The position numbers and the translations under genes were made by a program. From positions 15,611-79,610 of the IMG/VR virus record IMGVR_UViG_2936072512_000001: a stretch of DNA of 64,000 nt, one strand, 5' to 3'. Shown piece after piece: positions 1 through 9,437 of this stretch. The first letter of the stretch is position 1, and each line of letters starts with the position of its first letter. This stretch comes from a virus (taxonomy: Duplodnaviria; Caudoviricetes). The notes under the pieces are model-generated. The model searched no databases, was not told the origin of the DNA, and saw nothing but the letters and a program-made list of their open reading frames with translations.

Positions 1-108
1 TCCCGCATCACCGTGCTGCGGGCGATCTCCGAGCTGAAGGACGGCGGCTGGATCGTGTCCTCGCCGCCGCTGGGCCTGTTCGTCGCCGACGAGCCGCCGA
101 TCGGCTAG
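1..108 (+). CDS. 3' end of a GntR-family winged-HTH protein (partial)
   Basis: Frame 1 reads SRITVLRAISELKDGGWIVSSPPLGLFVADEPPIG*, matching the GntR recognition helix and wing pattern SRxTVxxAxxxLxxxG...GxFV. Confidence 0.65.
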   Translation, partial: SRITVLRAISELKDGGWIVSSPPLGLFVADEPPIG

Positions 109-386
109 GAGCGCTCTTCGTCCCGGGCGTCGCGGTAGGCGGCCTGGTACTGCTCCGACCACCCCTTACGGCGCGGACGGTGACGCAGAAGAGCCGCGAC
201 GCCGGCGACGCTGAGTCCCCCGAGCACCGCCACGGCGACGACGGGCGCCGGGTGCTGGTCGCGAAGCGTAGCGACGGCGATTGCGATGACGAGCGCGACC
301 GCGCCGACGAACGCTGCTGCCGCGATCACCTGGGACCGGCGTCGGTTTCCTGTCACTGCTCTCCCCCTTGGATTTCGGCCCGACAA
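105..386 (-). CDS. Small two-TM membrane protein
   Basis: Two hydrophobic stretches and a basic tail; stop overlaps the GntR stop convergently. Confidence 0.6.
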   Translation of the reverse strand: MSGRNPRGRAVTGNRRRSQVIAAAAFVGAVALVIAIAVATLRDQHPAPVVAVAVLGGLSVAGVAALLRHRPRRKGWSEQYQAAYRDARDEERS

Positions 387-678
387 GGCGTCGTGGCCCG
401 GTCAAGAGTGCCAGTTACTTTCCGGTAGGTGGCAGGCCCGGATGCCCGATCGTTACGGGTGTTGAGAGGCCTGTGACAGCCTCGGCCGTCTTGACATTAC
501 CGGGATCGGTCATGACCGAATTCGGTAGCAAGCCGGTGCTTGCTTTTCCGGTTGGACCGGTTTACAAATTTCACTCACGGCCCATCTGCACCAATTATCG
601 CCCTTTCTTCCCCGCGATGATCTTTTCGTGCGCTTGTGGCCGTCGCGACTGGAACGCCCAGATAGAGAGTTACTCACT

Positions 679-1176
679 GTGACCATCAAGCAACGCTTGT
701 TCGTGCCCGCCCTGGTGGCGGCGCTTCTTCTCGCCTGCGGCGGCGCAGCTTTCGCCGATCCCGCAGAGCCAACGCTGTCCCCGACCCCGACGAGCTCGGA
801 GACGGAACCGGCCTCCACCGAAACCCCTGACCCCACGCCGAGTGAGACTCCCAGCGCGACGGCCAGCCCGAGCCTGAGCGCCACGCCCAGTGCCGCGTCG
901 ACCGCCAACCCGGCGACCACCGTCGTGACCACGAAGTCGGAGACCACCGTCACCAACCCGGACGGCTCAACCTCCACCGTGCGCACCGTGACCGTGGTCG
1001 AGACCGTTACCAACCCGGACGGCACCAAGAGCGTCAAAGAGACCGTGACCAAGACCGTCACCAACCCCAACGGGACCAGGACGATCACCACCACGGTCAC
1101 GCAGTCCACGGTCAAGGTGACCGTCACCACCGCGCCGCCCCCGGCGAGCACTAACGACAACACCGGCGGCTGGTAA
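679..1176 (+). CDS. Secreted Thr/Ser/Pro-rich protein with TVTNP(D/N)G repeats
   Basis: GTG at 679 after GAGAG; signal peptide ending AFA-DP; three TVTNP(D/N)G units. Confidence 0.75.
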   Translation: MTIKQRLFVPALVAALLLACGGAAFADPAEPTLSPTPTSSETEPASTETPDPTPSETPSATASPSLSATPSAASTANPATTVVTTKSETTVTNPDGSTSTVRTVTVVETVTNPDGTKSVKETVTKTVTNPNGTRTITTTVTQSTVKVTVTTAPPPASTNDNTGGW

Positions 1177-1213
1177 CCGCCCGCACCAGCCACCAAGCAA
1201 GGGGAAGAACCAC

Positions 1214-1480
1214 ATGACTCACCTTCTGCTCGCTGCGGCGACGGCGTCGGCTACGGGAGCGCTGACGACCTACCTCCTCATCCAGATGGAAACGCCGCTC
1301 ACACTGGTCACGGCCTGGCTCCTGCTTCCAGCCGCTGGCATCGCGCGCCTGGTCGAGGAGCTGCACGCCAAGCACCAGGAGCACAAGTCGGCCGCCCGCC
1401 GTGCGCAACGGCTCGCCGACCTGATCGCGGTTGTGGAGCGTGCCAGCGTCCAAGCGATGCTGAACCACTCGGCGCGGTGA
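1214..1480 (+). CDS. Small membrane protein
   Basis: RBS, hydrophobic N-terminal half, GTGA overlap with the next gene. Confidence 0.65.
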   Translation: MTHLLLAAATASATGALTTYLLIQMETPLTLVTAWLLLPAAGIARLVEELHAKHQEHKSAARRAQRLADLIAVVERASVQAMLNHSAR

Positions 1481-2469
1481 CCAGGGAGACGCTGGAAGCT
1501 GTGCGATTCGAGGACCTGGGCATCAGCCCGCCCGCCGAAAACGTCTACCGATATCTGAACGACCGCGGCCCGACCCCCTTGGCGATCCTCGCCGAGGAGT
1601 TCGGGCCTGTGGCCATTAATGCTGTTGAAGAGCTGCGCTCGATCGGTCTGACCATCGGCGATCCCCCTGACGCGCGGCGGCCCGACCATGCCTTTGCAAG
1701 GCTCCTGGCAGAGCGGGCGCACCAGCTGAACGTGGCGCAGCTGGCTGTGGCCGAGATGCAGGAGCGCTACATCGCTTCCCACCGCGAGACCTCACCACCG
1801 GTGATCGCGATCTCCAGCCGGGAGCAGGCCACCGCTTGCCGGGATGAGCTCACGTTGAGCGCCCGCACCGAGATCCTGCAGTTCATCACCTGGCCGTTCC
1901 ACCCGAGCCATGCTCATCCGGCCGACGACGAGCGGCGCATGGAAGCCGACGGTCAGGTACGCGCTCCGCACCAGCGGCTGATCTACGAGCGGCGCGTGCT
2001 GGCAGAGAGCGCCGCCGCTCTGGACGGCATGCGCAAAGCGTTAAACCTTCCCGGGGGAGCGTCCGTTCGCGTCATCGACTTCCTGCCGTACAAGCTCGTG
2101 ATCCGCGACGGCGTGGCAGCGCTGTCATCTCGCTATCCGCGGGGGCATGAGGATCAAGTGTCGGCGCTTCACATCGCCGAGCACAACGTGCTCGTCACGG
2201 CCCACATGATGACGTTCGAGTACTACTGGGAGCGCTCCACTCCGCTGGGTGGCCACCGCAGCAGACACGTCCAACTCAGCGACGAGGAGCTCAAGCTGCT
2301 CGGCATGCTGGTCAACGGGGAGACGCAGGACTTCATGGCTCGGGCTCTCGGCGTGCAGGCCAAGACGGTCTATAACCGGATCACGAAGCTGTGCAAGCTG
2401 GCAGGCATCAAGGGGAACAACCCGATCAAGCTGGCTGTCCACGTCACCAAGAACGGCTGGCTCGACTGA
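1477..2469 (+). CDS. TrmB-like N-terminal / LuxR-type C-terminal HTH transcriptional regulator
   Basis: N-terminal LGISPPAENVYRYL; C-terminal LSDEELKLLGMLVNG..MARALGVQAKTVYNRITKL. Confidence 0.8.
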   Translation: MTRETLEAVRFEDLGISPPAENVYRYLNDRGPTPLAILAEEFGPVAINAVEELRSIGLTIGDPPDARRPDHAFARLLAERAHQLNVAQLAVAEMQERYIASHRETSPPVIAISSREQATACRDELTLSARTEILQFITWPFHPSHAHPADDERRMEADGQVRAPHQRLIYERRVLAESAAALDGMRKALNLPGGASVRVIDFLPYKLVIRDGVAALSSRYPRGHEDQVSALHIAEHNVLVTAHMMTFEYYWERSTPLGGHRSRHVQLSDEELKLLGMLVNGETQDFMARALGVQAKTVYNRITKLCKLAGIKGNNPIKLAVHVTKNGWLD

Positions 2470-2522
2470 CACCCGATGGGGCGCTCCGGCCTGACCCCGG
2501 GGCTGGGGTGTCTCACCAGGAC

Positions 2523-3101
2523 TCAGCGGGACTTGAGCAGGTTCACCGTGTTGTGGCTCTGCTGGATCGCCAGCCGTACCTGGGCAAGCAGGAACTGGAT
2601 GGCCTTCTCGCGCTCCTCCTCGGGGATGCCTCGCAGGTTGCGGATCTGGCGGATCTCGCGCTCCAGCTCGGCGCGTACGGACTCGTGCGTCAGGCCGGAC
2701 AGCGCCTCGTAGAGCGCGTCCCGCGCCGGCTGGTCGGGGTCGACCTGCTCCGGGTCCGGCCGCGGATACTTCTGAAGGAGGCCGGCGAGCAGTTCGGCGG
2801 CTGCGCCCTGGTCGACGGCGGCGAGCTGCTCGGGCTCGATGCCCACCGTGTAGGCCATCATGGCGAGCTCGTCGTCGGGGATGGCGCGTCGTCCCTGTTC
2901 GCTCCGGGCCCACTTCATGTCGGTCATCTCGGCGCGGTCGCCGAAGAGGTCGCTCATGAGCCGGGCGGCGCCTCGGAGGGAGAGTTTCTGGCCTCCAGGC
3001 GGGTTCTCCCGGTGTTGGGCGATCAGGTCTGCGGCGGCGCTGTGGTGGGGGCCGCGTGGGGGCCCGGTGGGTTCGTTGGGTATGGCTGATGCGGTGGGCA
3101 T
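2523..3101 (-). CDS. Putative immunity repressor (XRE-like HTH)
   Basis: LSLRGAARLM...WARSEQGRR HTH-like pattern; divergent from the early operon. Confidence 0.6.
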   Translation of the reverse strand: MPTASAIPNEPTGPPRGPHHSAAADLIAQHRENPPGGQKLSLRGAARLMSDLFGDRAEMTDMKWARSEQGRRAIPDDELAMMAYTVGIEPEQLAAVDQGAAAELLAGLLQKYPRPDPEQVDPDQPARDALYEALSGLTHESVRAELEREIRQIRNLRGIPEEEREKAIQFLLAQVRLAIQQSHNTVNLLKSR

Positions 3102-3417
3102 GGTGGGTTGCTCCGGGTGTGGCGCAGTGTGGCGTGTGTCGCAACAGTACCAAGTCGAAGCGGTGAAACGCTGTCTGAGGCTGCGATCTCTCTGTTAGGT
3201 CACAGGTTTCGGACCTCTGTTGTTGATCTTGTTTGCGTGCATCTCAGAGGCTTTCAGCCTGGTGAAAGCTGGTGTTGCAGTGTTGTGGACCAAATGCAAC
3301 AGAGGGTGTAGTGTCGTCTGTGTCGCGACATGCGCACGAAGACAAACGATCTTGAAGTGTGAGCGTCCGACCAGCAACTCCCGACCCGCGCCAACTCCAG
3401 GTTCCGCCAGCAATACC

Positions 3418-3431
3418 TAGCGGCACCGCTA
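3418..3431. promoter_or_regulatory. Palindromic operator-like site TAGCGGCACCGCTA
   Basis: Perfect 6-2-6 palindrome just upstream of the RBS of the first early gene; motif recurs across the prophage. Confidence 0.65.
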
Positions 3432-3446
3432 CATGTAGGAGCGCCC

Positions 3447-3875
3447 GTGACCCCCACCAGCACGGTCAACCCCTGCCTCGCCGACGACGGCGAGGACCAC
3501 CGCGACAAGGTCGCCGACTACCTGGCCCTGCGCGTCGCCGAATGCCGCGACTGCGAGCACGGCCCCCACCTGCGCGGCGCCCTCATCGCCCTGCTCGACG
3601 ATGACGACTACACCGCCGACAGCATGATCAACGCCGCCGTCATGGCCGCCACCGACCTGCCCGCCTACTCCGTGATGAGCGACCTGTTCGACAACCCGCT
3701 CGTCTTCACCGGCACCGGCGCCGACCACCTCGGCCACCAGATCGCCGCCTACGCCGAGCGCTTCCTCTCCCTGCCCGGCGAGGTCGTCATCGACGAGACG
3801 ATGACCAGCGGCACCTTGCGCCCGCACGGCGGCGTCACCCACCCGCTCGCCGTCGCCGCGGTGGTGACCCAGTGA
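3447..3875 (+). CDS. Phage hypothetical protein (first early gene)
   Basis: AGGAG RBS, high GC3, CxxC. Confidence 0.7.
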   Translation: MTPTSTVNPCLADDGEDHRDKVADYLALRVAECRDCEHGPHLRGALIALLDDDDYTADSMINAAVMAATDLPAYSVMSDLFDNPLVFTGTGADHLGHQIAAYAERFLSLPGEVVIDETMTSGTLRPHGGVTHPLAVAAVVTQ

Positions 3876-4021
3876 TCGCCGTCGCGCTGGCGTTCGCGGC
3901 CCTGACCGCGGCGGTGCTCCTGCTGGCCCGCGTCCGTCTGGACGGGTTCGCCATCACGCTCGTGGCCGTGGTCACCGCGCTCCTCGCCGCCGTCGACCTG
4001 CCCGAAGGTGAGGACCAGTGA
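3872..4021 (+). CDS. Small membrane protein (49 aa, below ORF-track cutoff)
   Basis: GTGA-coupled at both ends; MIAVALAFAALTAAVLLLARVRLDGFAITLVAVV... Confidence 0.6.
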   Translation: MIAVALAFAALTAAVLLLARVRLDGFAITLVAVVTALLAAVDLPEGEDQ

Positions 4022-4188
4022 AGTACCGGAAGCTGTTCGGCGAGGTCGCCGAGACCGACATCGAGACGATGATCACCTACCTGAAGGCTCGCGACCCGTA
4101 CGGCGAGGAACGCCTCATCCCGTGGCGCGGCGGCCCCGCCCTCGGCTACTACGCCGAGCTCGACGCCTACATGGAGCGCAGCCAGTGA
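4018..4188 (+). CDS. Small hypothetical protein (56 aa)
   Basis: GTGA-coupled; MKYRKLFGEVAETDIETMITYLKARDP... Confidence 0.6.
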   Translation: MKYRKLFGEVAETDIETMITYLKARDPYGEERLIPWRGGPALGYYAELDAYMERSQ

Positions 4189-4240
4189 CCGCGACACCGA
4201 CACCCCATCAGCACAACCCCGGTACGGAGATCCCCAGCTC

Positions 4241-4777
4241 ATGAACATCACCATCAGCGTCGACGAGATCAGCCTCGCGACCGTCGTCGCCGACACGATC
4301 GCCTACGACGAAGAAGGCGACGCCATCATCTCGGGCGAGAAGACCGTCGCCGACCTCGTCGCCGCCCAGATCGTCGAGCGCCTCACCCGAGATGACCACT
4401 GGCCCCGGATGCGCGAGCAGGTCATGGAGATCCGCAAGGAGCAGATCCGGGAGGCCTTGCGCCCCACCATCGACACCGCGCTCAACCGCCCGATCTTCAA
4501 GACGAACGGGTACGGCGAGCGCATCGGCCAGGAGACCACCCTCTCCGAGCTGATCTCGGACGAGGCCCGCGCCTGGCTGACCGCGCCAGCCAACCAGTAC
4601 CGCAGGGAGGACGGCACCCTCCTGGAGCAGGCCATCCGCGCCGAGGTGAAGCACGTCGTCCAGAAGCTGGTCGCCGACGCCGTACAGAAGGCCGTCGCCG
4701 CGATGGAGGACAAGATCGCCGCACAGGCCGAGCAGCTCATCGCCGACACCGCGAAGAAGACGCGAGGCGGCAAGTGA
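4241..4777 (+). CDS. Phage hypothetical protein
   Basis: Good codon bias; coupled to the next gene. Confidence 0.75.
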   Translation: MNITISVDEISLATVVADTIAYDEEGDAIISGEKTVADLVAAQIVERLTRDDHWPRMREQVMEIRKEQIREALRPTIDTALNRPIFKTNGYGERIGQETTLSELISDEARAWLTAPANQYRREDGTLLEQAIRAEVKHVVQKLVADAVQKAVAAMEDKIAAQAEQLIADTAKKTRGGK

Positions 4778-5187
4778 GCACACAACAGTTCCGCGTGGGC
4801 GACCACGTCAGGGCCGTCATCATCGGCACCATCGCCTCACACGATGACATCGAGCGGCCCGGACACCTGTGCATCCGAAACGGCACCGGCGACTACAGGA
4901 GCCCAGAGCGGGCTGGCAGGTTCTCCTGCGTGCTGCTGGACGACCCGCATGTCACCGTCGAGCTGCTCGCGCCCGCCGAGTGGCCGCCCCGGCCCGGCGA
5001 CACCTGGGAGCACGACGGCGAGCCGTGGTTCGCCGTCGACCGCCCGCTCTACGACCACCCGTGCACCCGGATGATCAACCACCGGGGCATGGAGTGGCCC
5101 GGTGAACTCGACGACCTCCTCCAGAGCAAGCCCGGCGACTGGACCCTCATCCACCGCGCCGCCAGCCTCACCGAGGACGGCGAATGA
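4774..5187 (+). CDS. Phage hypothetical protein
   Basis: GTGA/ATGA coupling; WPPRPGDTW motif. Confidence 0.7.
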   Translation: MSTQQFRVGDHVRAVIIGTIASHDDIERPGHLCIRNGTGDYRSPERAGRFSCVLLDDPHVTVELLAPAEWPPRPGDTWEHDGEPWFAVDRPLYDHPCTRMINHRGMEWPGELDDLLQSKPGDWTLIHRAASLTEDGE

Positions 5188-6128
5188 GCACCCTCGCCGA
5201 ACTCGCCGGCCTGACGGCCGACCAGGTGCCCACGGTCGAGCCGGGCTCGCCGGAGTGGCTGCGCTACATGTCCGCGTCCAAGATCGCGGCTGTGGTCGGG
5301 CTGAACCCGTGGGAGTCGAAGTACTCGATGTGGTGCGTCATGTCGGGCCTGCTCGACCCGGCGCCGGAGACCGACCAGCAGCGGCGCGGCCACTACCTCG
5401 AACCGGCCGTGGCCGCGTGGCTGGCCGACCAGCACCCCGAGTATGAGATGCGGCCGGGCGGCTCCTGGGTCAGCCGCGAACACCCCTGGTATCTCGCCTC
5501 GCCCGACCGGCTGTTCTGCGTCGACGGGCGCGTGGCCGAGCTGGTCGAGGTGAAGAGCGACGCCAACGGCGAGGAATGGGGCGAGCCCGGCACCGACGAG
5601 ATCCCGATCTACTACCGGGTGCAGGTGCAGGTCCAGATGGACGTGCTGGGCGTGCACAGGACCCGGCTCGGGCTCATCACCGGCCGCCTGGAGTTCCGCG
5701 AGTACATCGTCGACTACGACGTCGACGACGCCGAATACCTTCGCGCCGAAGCCGAGGAGTTCCTGCTGTCGATCGCCTGGGGCGAGATGCCGCCCATCGA
5801 CGGCCACCGGGCCACGGTCACCTCGATCCGCAGGCGGCACCCGCTCATCGACCCCAAGACGTTCTTCGACGTGCCCGACGACCTGGCCACCCGGGTGATC
5901 CCCGTGCTGGAGGCAGAGAAGGGCGCCGAGCAGGACCTCAAGCAGGCCAAAGAGCGGGCGGCCAAGGCCCGCGCCGAACTGCTCGACGCCATGGGCACCC
6001 GGGCGACCGCCCGCTACGCCGACACGAACTTCGCCAGGCGGCAGGCCAAGAAGGGCGGCCTGCCGTACCTCGTCGTCGACTCCGCCCTTCCTCCCGCCCC
6101 CGAACCGCAAGGAGCCGCAGCAGCATGA
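5184..6128 (+). CDS. YqaJ-like (lambda-exonuclease family) recombination exonuclease
   Basis: SPEWL..MSASKIAAVVG, GHYLEP, YLASPDRL, LVEVKS, YYRVQVQVQM motifs. Confidence 0.9.
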   Translation: MSTLAELAGLTADQVPTVEPGSPEWLRYMSASKIAAVVGLNPWESKYSMWCVMSGLLDPAPETDQQRRGHYLEPAVAAWLADQHPEYEMRPGGSWVSREHPWYLASPDRLFCVDGRVAELVEVKSDANGEEWGEPGTDEIPIYYRVQVQVQMDVLGVHRTRLGLITGRLEFREYIVDYDVDDAEYLRAEAEEFLLSIAWGEMPPIDGHRATVTSIRRRHPLIDPKTFFDVPDDLATRVIPVLEAEKGAEQDLKQAKERAAKARAELLDAMGTRATARYADTNFARRQAKKGGLPYLVVDSALPPAPEPQGAAAA

Positions 6129-7462
6129 CGACTGCTACCGACAACCTGCCCGCCGTCCAGGCGAACGGCGCGCTGGCCATCCAGGCCGACCAGACGATGT
6201 GGACCGCCGAGCAGCGACACGTCCTGGCCCAGCTCGGCGTCGCCGAGGACTGCCCCAACGCCGTCCTGGCCGGATACCTGCACCTGTGCCAGCGGCGCGG
6301 CCTGGACCCGTTCCTCAAGCAGGTGTACCTGATCGGCCGCCGCCAGCGGCAGCAGGACAACAGCTACCGGACCGTCTACACGCCGCAGACCGGCATCGAC
6401 GGCTACCGCGTACTCGCCCAGCGCGCCGCCCACCGCGCGGGCGTGAAGTACGGCTACGAGGACACCATCTGGTTCGCCCCGGACGGCTCCAAGCACGAGG
6501 TGTGGCTGTGGAACGACCGGCCGCCCGCAGCCGCGAAGATCACCGTCGTAGTGAACGGGCAGCGCTTCTCCGGCGTCGCCAACTTCGCCTCCTACGCCGA
6601 CACCGACCGCGACGGCAAGCCGAAGAACCGGTGGAAGACCGACCCGGCCGGCATGACCGCCAAGTGCGCCGAAGCCCAGGCGCTGCGCAAGGCGTTCCCG
6701 GAGGACCTCGGCGACCTGTACACCCACGAGGAGATGGAGCACCTGGTCGACGACGAGGAGGTCTCACAGGCTCCCCCGCAGACCGTCCGGGAAGCGGCCC
6801 AGGCCAAGGCCGGGGCTTCGGCGACCGTGATGGTCTCCAAGGAGAAGCGGCACCTGCTCGCCCGCAAAATGGACGAACTCGGCGTCACCGACAAGCTCGG
6901 CTACCTCCACCTGGTGCACCCCGACCACACCTTCGAGTCCAGCGGCGACCTCACCGCCGCCCAGGCCGAGCAGGTGCTCGCCGCCCTCCACCGGGGCGAC
7001 CACCTGCAGCCGGTCGACGGCGGGGGCGAACCCGACGAGGCCCAGGCAGCGGCAGGGCAGCCGGAAGCCGCGAAGCTGTCCAAGTCGAAGGCGGCCGAGG
7101 TCAACACCTGGCTCACCGAGGCCGGAATCGACAAGGACGCCCGCTTCGCCTGGCTCGCCGAGCAGGGCATCGCTCAGGTGTCCTCCACCAGCGACCTCAC
7201 CCCGGAGCAGGCCACCGAGGCCATCATCCGCCTGACTCCGCTCACCGCTCAGCGGCGCGAGGACCTGCGCCAGCGCATCATCAACGTCTGGACCGACATG
7301 GACGGCACGCCGGAGCAGCTGTCGGCAGTGTTCTGCCGCGAGATGAAGGTTCCCGACGTGGCCAGCGCGTCCAACAGCAAGTACGCCACGTTCCTGAAGA
7401 AGCTCGCCGACGACAAGGTCAAGCCCGGCGAGCGCCTGCACCAGGACGAGCCCGAGTTCTAG
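6125..7462 (+). CDS. RecT/Bet-family single-strand annealing protein with long C-terminal extension
   Basis: ATG at 6125; GLDPFLKQVY, GIDGYRVLAQR, W..DPAGMTAKCAEAQALRKAFP; adjacent to YqaJ. Confidence 0.9.
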   Translation: MTTATDNLPAVQANGALAIQADQTMWTAEQRHVLAQLGVAEDCPNAVLAGYLHLCQRRGLDPFLKQVYLIGRRQRQQDNSYRTVYTPQTGIDGYRVLAQRAAHRAGVKYGYEDTIWFAPDGSKHEVWLWNDRPPAAAKITVVVNGQRFSGVANFASYADTDRDGKPKNRWKTDPAGMTAKCAEAQALRKAFPEDLGDLYTHEEMEHLVDDEEVSQAPPQTVREAAQAKAGASATVMVSKEKRHLLARKMDELGVTDKLGYLHLVHPDHTFESSGDLTAAQAEQVLAALHRGDHLQPVDGGGEPDEAQAAAGQPEAAKLSKSKAAEVNTWLTEAGIDKDARFAWLAEQGIAQVSSTSDLTPEQATEAIIRLTPLTAQRREDLRQRIINVWTDMDGTPEQLSAVFCREMKVPDVASASNSKYATFLKKLADDKVKPGERLHQDEPEF

Positions 7463-7464
7463 AA

Positions 7465-7482
7465 CGTAGCGGCACCGCTACG
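7465..7482. promoter_or_regulatory. Palindromic operator-like site CGTAGCGGCACCGCTACG
   Basis: 8-2-8 palindrome just after the RecT stop; core identical to the 3418 copy. Confidence 0.65.
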
Positions 7483-7581
7483 AACCATGATCGCCGTCCG
7501 GGCACCTGCGCGCACCCACCCGGTGCAACTCGAGGCCGGGTGCCCGGACGGACCCAACCTCATCCCTCTGAGAGGCCCCGC

Positions 7582-7893
7582 ATGACCACCAACTACCAGC
7601 CCACGCCTCAGCCCCAGCCCTCGCACGAGGTGCCGTACACCGAGGAGGTCATCGGCGAGCTGCGCCGCATCATCGACCGGATCGAGGTCGCGCGGAAGGA
7701 GCAGCACGGCGTCATCGCGCAGTCCCACGCAGCGACTAGGCACGCCCAGACGCTTCTGGACTCCTACGACAACTACGAGCAGCAGGTCCGGCAGCTCATC
7801 GACAAGGCCGAGTCCAACCGTGCCCCCGCGCCTCCATCCAGCGACCAGCCCCCGGTCTCCACCACCCCCACCGAGTTCCAGAACGGAGCATGA
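7582..7893 (+). CDS. Coiled-coil hypothetical protein
   Basis: GAGAGG RBS, ATG at 7582, coupled to the next gene. Confidence 0.65.
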   Translation: MTTNYQPTPQPQPSHEVPYTEEVIGELRRIIDRIEVARKEQHGVIAQSHAATRHAQTLLDSYDNYEQQVRQLIDKAESNRAPAPPSSDQPPVSTTPTEFQNGA

Positions 7894-8150
7894 CCATGCC
7901 CATCGCCACCCCCGCCATCGACCTCATCACCCCGGAGATCGCCGGGCACCTGCTGTGGAGCGAAGGCATCGACGACGGCGTCCCGCCGTCGTCGCCGTTC
8001 GTGCCGCTGCTGCTGCTCGCCATCGACGCCGCCAGCGCCAGCGACCGGCTGAAGCTGGCCGCCGAGTACGGCGGCTACGTCGCCGCGCACCAGGTGCTGA
8101 AGGACGGCGGCGAGAAGGCGCTCCGCGAGCGCGCCAGGGGCGCGTGCTGA
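7890..8150 (+). CDS. Phage hypothetical protein
   Basis: ATGA-coupled, high GC3. Confidence 0.65.
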   Translation: MTMPIATPAIDLITPEIAGHLLWSEGIDDGVPPSSPFVPLLLLAIDAASASDRLKLAAEYGGYVAAHQVLKDGGEKALRERARGAC

Positions 8151-8428
8151 TGGCTGGTCTCGCCGTCGTGATCACGGTCCTGCTGATCTGCGCGACACCC
8201 TTCCTGGTCGTCTGGGTCGGCGACCGCCGCGACAGCAGGCTCGCCCACCTGCGCACCGCTCTGCGCGACACCACCGGCGAGCTCGACGAGCACCGACAGC
8301 TCGTCCGCTCCATCACCGAGCTCGCCGGACAGGGCGAGCGGGTCGGTGACACCTCCGCGGCCCTCGTCATGGAGGCCGTCCGCACCTTCGAGGCCCGGCC
8401 TCGCACCCCTCAGAGAGGCAAGAATTGA
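8150..8428 (+). CDS. Membrane-anchored coiled-coil protein
   Basis: ATG at 8150 overlaps TGA; N-terminal TM helix. Confidence 0.65.
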   Translation: MAGLAVVITVLLICATPFLVVWVGDRRDSRLAHLRTALRDTTGELDEHRQLVRSITELAGQGERVGDTSAALVMEAVRTFEARPRTPQRGKN

Positions 8429-9333
8429 ACCGCAAGACCCTCGCCGCCGCGTTCCTCGGCGCTGTCGTCCTGACCGGCTGCTCGGTGGAGACCGAGACCA
8501 ACGAGCAGGCCATCGACTACGACTACGACATGTTCTCCGGCACCACGGAGAAGGAGTCGTGCGTCGCCCCCGGCCAGCGCTCATGGCTCGACGTCAACGA
8601 CTACGGCGTGGTCCTGCCCGCCGACACCCGCACCTTCGAGTTCGCGGGCACCCCCGACGCCGGCCGCCCGGGCGGCTTCCTCGTCAAGGAGGGCGCCGAA
8701 GCCGGACCCATCACCGTGTCGGCCGCGGGCAACATCACGATGTTGGTCAGCGGCGTCGCCGCGTTCGACCTCACCACCAACTGCGACACCCTGGACGCCT
8801 TCTGGCGCAAGGTCGGCCGCAAGTACGCCGCCGACACCCCCGAAGGGTGGCGGCGCATGCTCGGCGTCGTCGTCCAGCAGCCGCTCGACCGGGCGATGGA
8901 CGCCGCCGCCAAGCCGTACACGTGGGAGCAGCTGTCCGGCGACAACAACATCAAGCAGGCGTGGGAGAAGGAAGTCGCCAGGCTCGCGCAGGAGTTCGTC
9001 AAGGAGCAGACCGGCGCGGAGTACTTCACGAACTTCAAGCTGACGCTGCAGATGCCGGTGCCTCCGGCCAGTCTGCAGGACGCCAAGACGGCCAAGGAGG
9101 TCGCCGCCCAGCGCAACGAGGCGCAGATCGCCGAGAACACCCGCGCCGCCACCGAGAGCGAGCAGATCAAGAAGCTCGTCGAGATCCTCGGCCGCGACGG
9201 AGCGGTCGCGTGGAAGGCCGCGCAGCTGCAGGCCGAGGTGCTGATGAAGGCCGTCGAGCGCGGCCAGCTGCAGGTGTACGTCGCTGGCAACGGCGCCCTG
9301 AACGTGGCGCCCAAGGGCGGCTCTCTCCAGTGA
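8425..9333 (+). CDS. SPFH/band-7-like lipoprotein
   Basis: Lipobox VLTG-C; SPFH-like core followed by an Ala/Glu-rich coiled coil. Confidence 0.7.
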   Translation: MNRKTLAAAFLGAVVLTGCSVETETNEQAIDYDYDMFSGTTEKESCVAPGQRSWLDVNDYGVVLPADTRTFEFAGTPDAGRPGGFLVKEGAEAGPITVSAAGNITMLVSGVAAFDLTTNCDTLDAFWRKVGRKYAADTPEGWRRMLGVVVQQPLDRAMDAAAKPYTWEQLSGDNNIKQAWEKEVARLAQEFVKEQTGAEYFTNFKLTLQMPVPPASLQDAKTAKEVAAQRNEAQIAENTRAATESEQIKKLVEILGRDGAVAWKAAQLQAEVLMKAVERGQLQVYVAGNGALNVAPKGGSLQ

Positions 9334-9431
9334 CCGACTGGACCCCGCTCGTGCAGATCCTCGTCCTGGTCCTCGTGGCCTGGGCGGGGTTCTGCATCGT
9401 CTGGCACTTCCTCACCAAAGACAAGGACTGA
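9330..9431 (+). CDS. 33-aa single-TM peptide
   Basis: GTGA-coupled; MTDWTPLVQILVLVLVAWAGFCIVWHFLTKDKD. Confidence 0.55.
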   Translation: MTDWTPLVQILVLVLVAWAGFCIVWHFLTKDKD

Positions 9432-9437
9432 CCCCTC

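Noticed and set aside
491-520. TTGACA as a housekeeping promoter
   Set aside because: No convincing -10 at 16-18 bp spacing.
5576-6124. N-terminal extension of the RecT ORF (likewise TerL from 36814, ParB from 35639, WhiB from 12251)
   Set aside because: Overlaps the upstream real gene; coupled starts downstream fit better.
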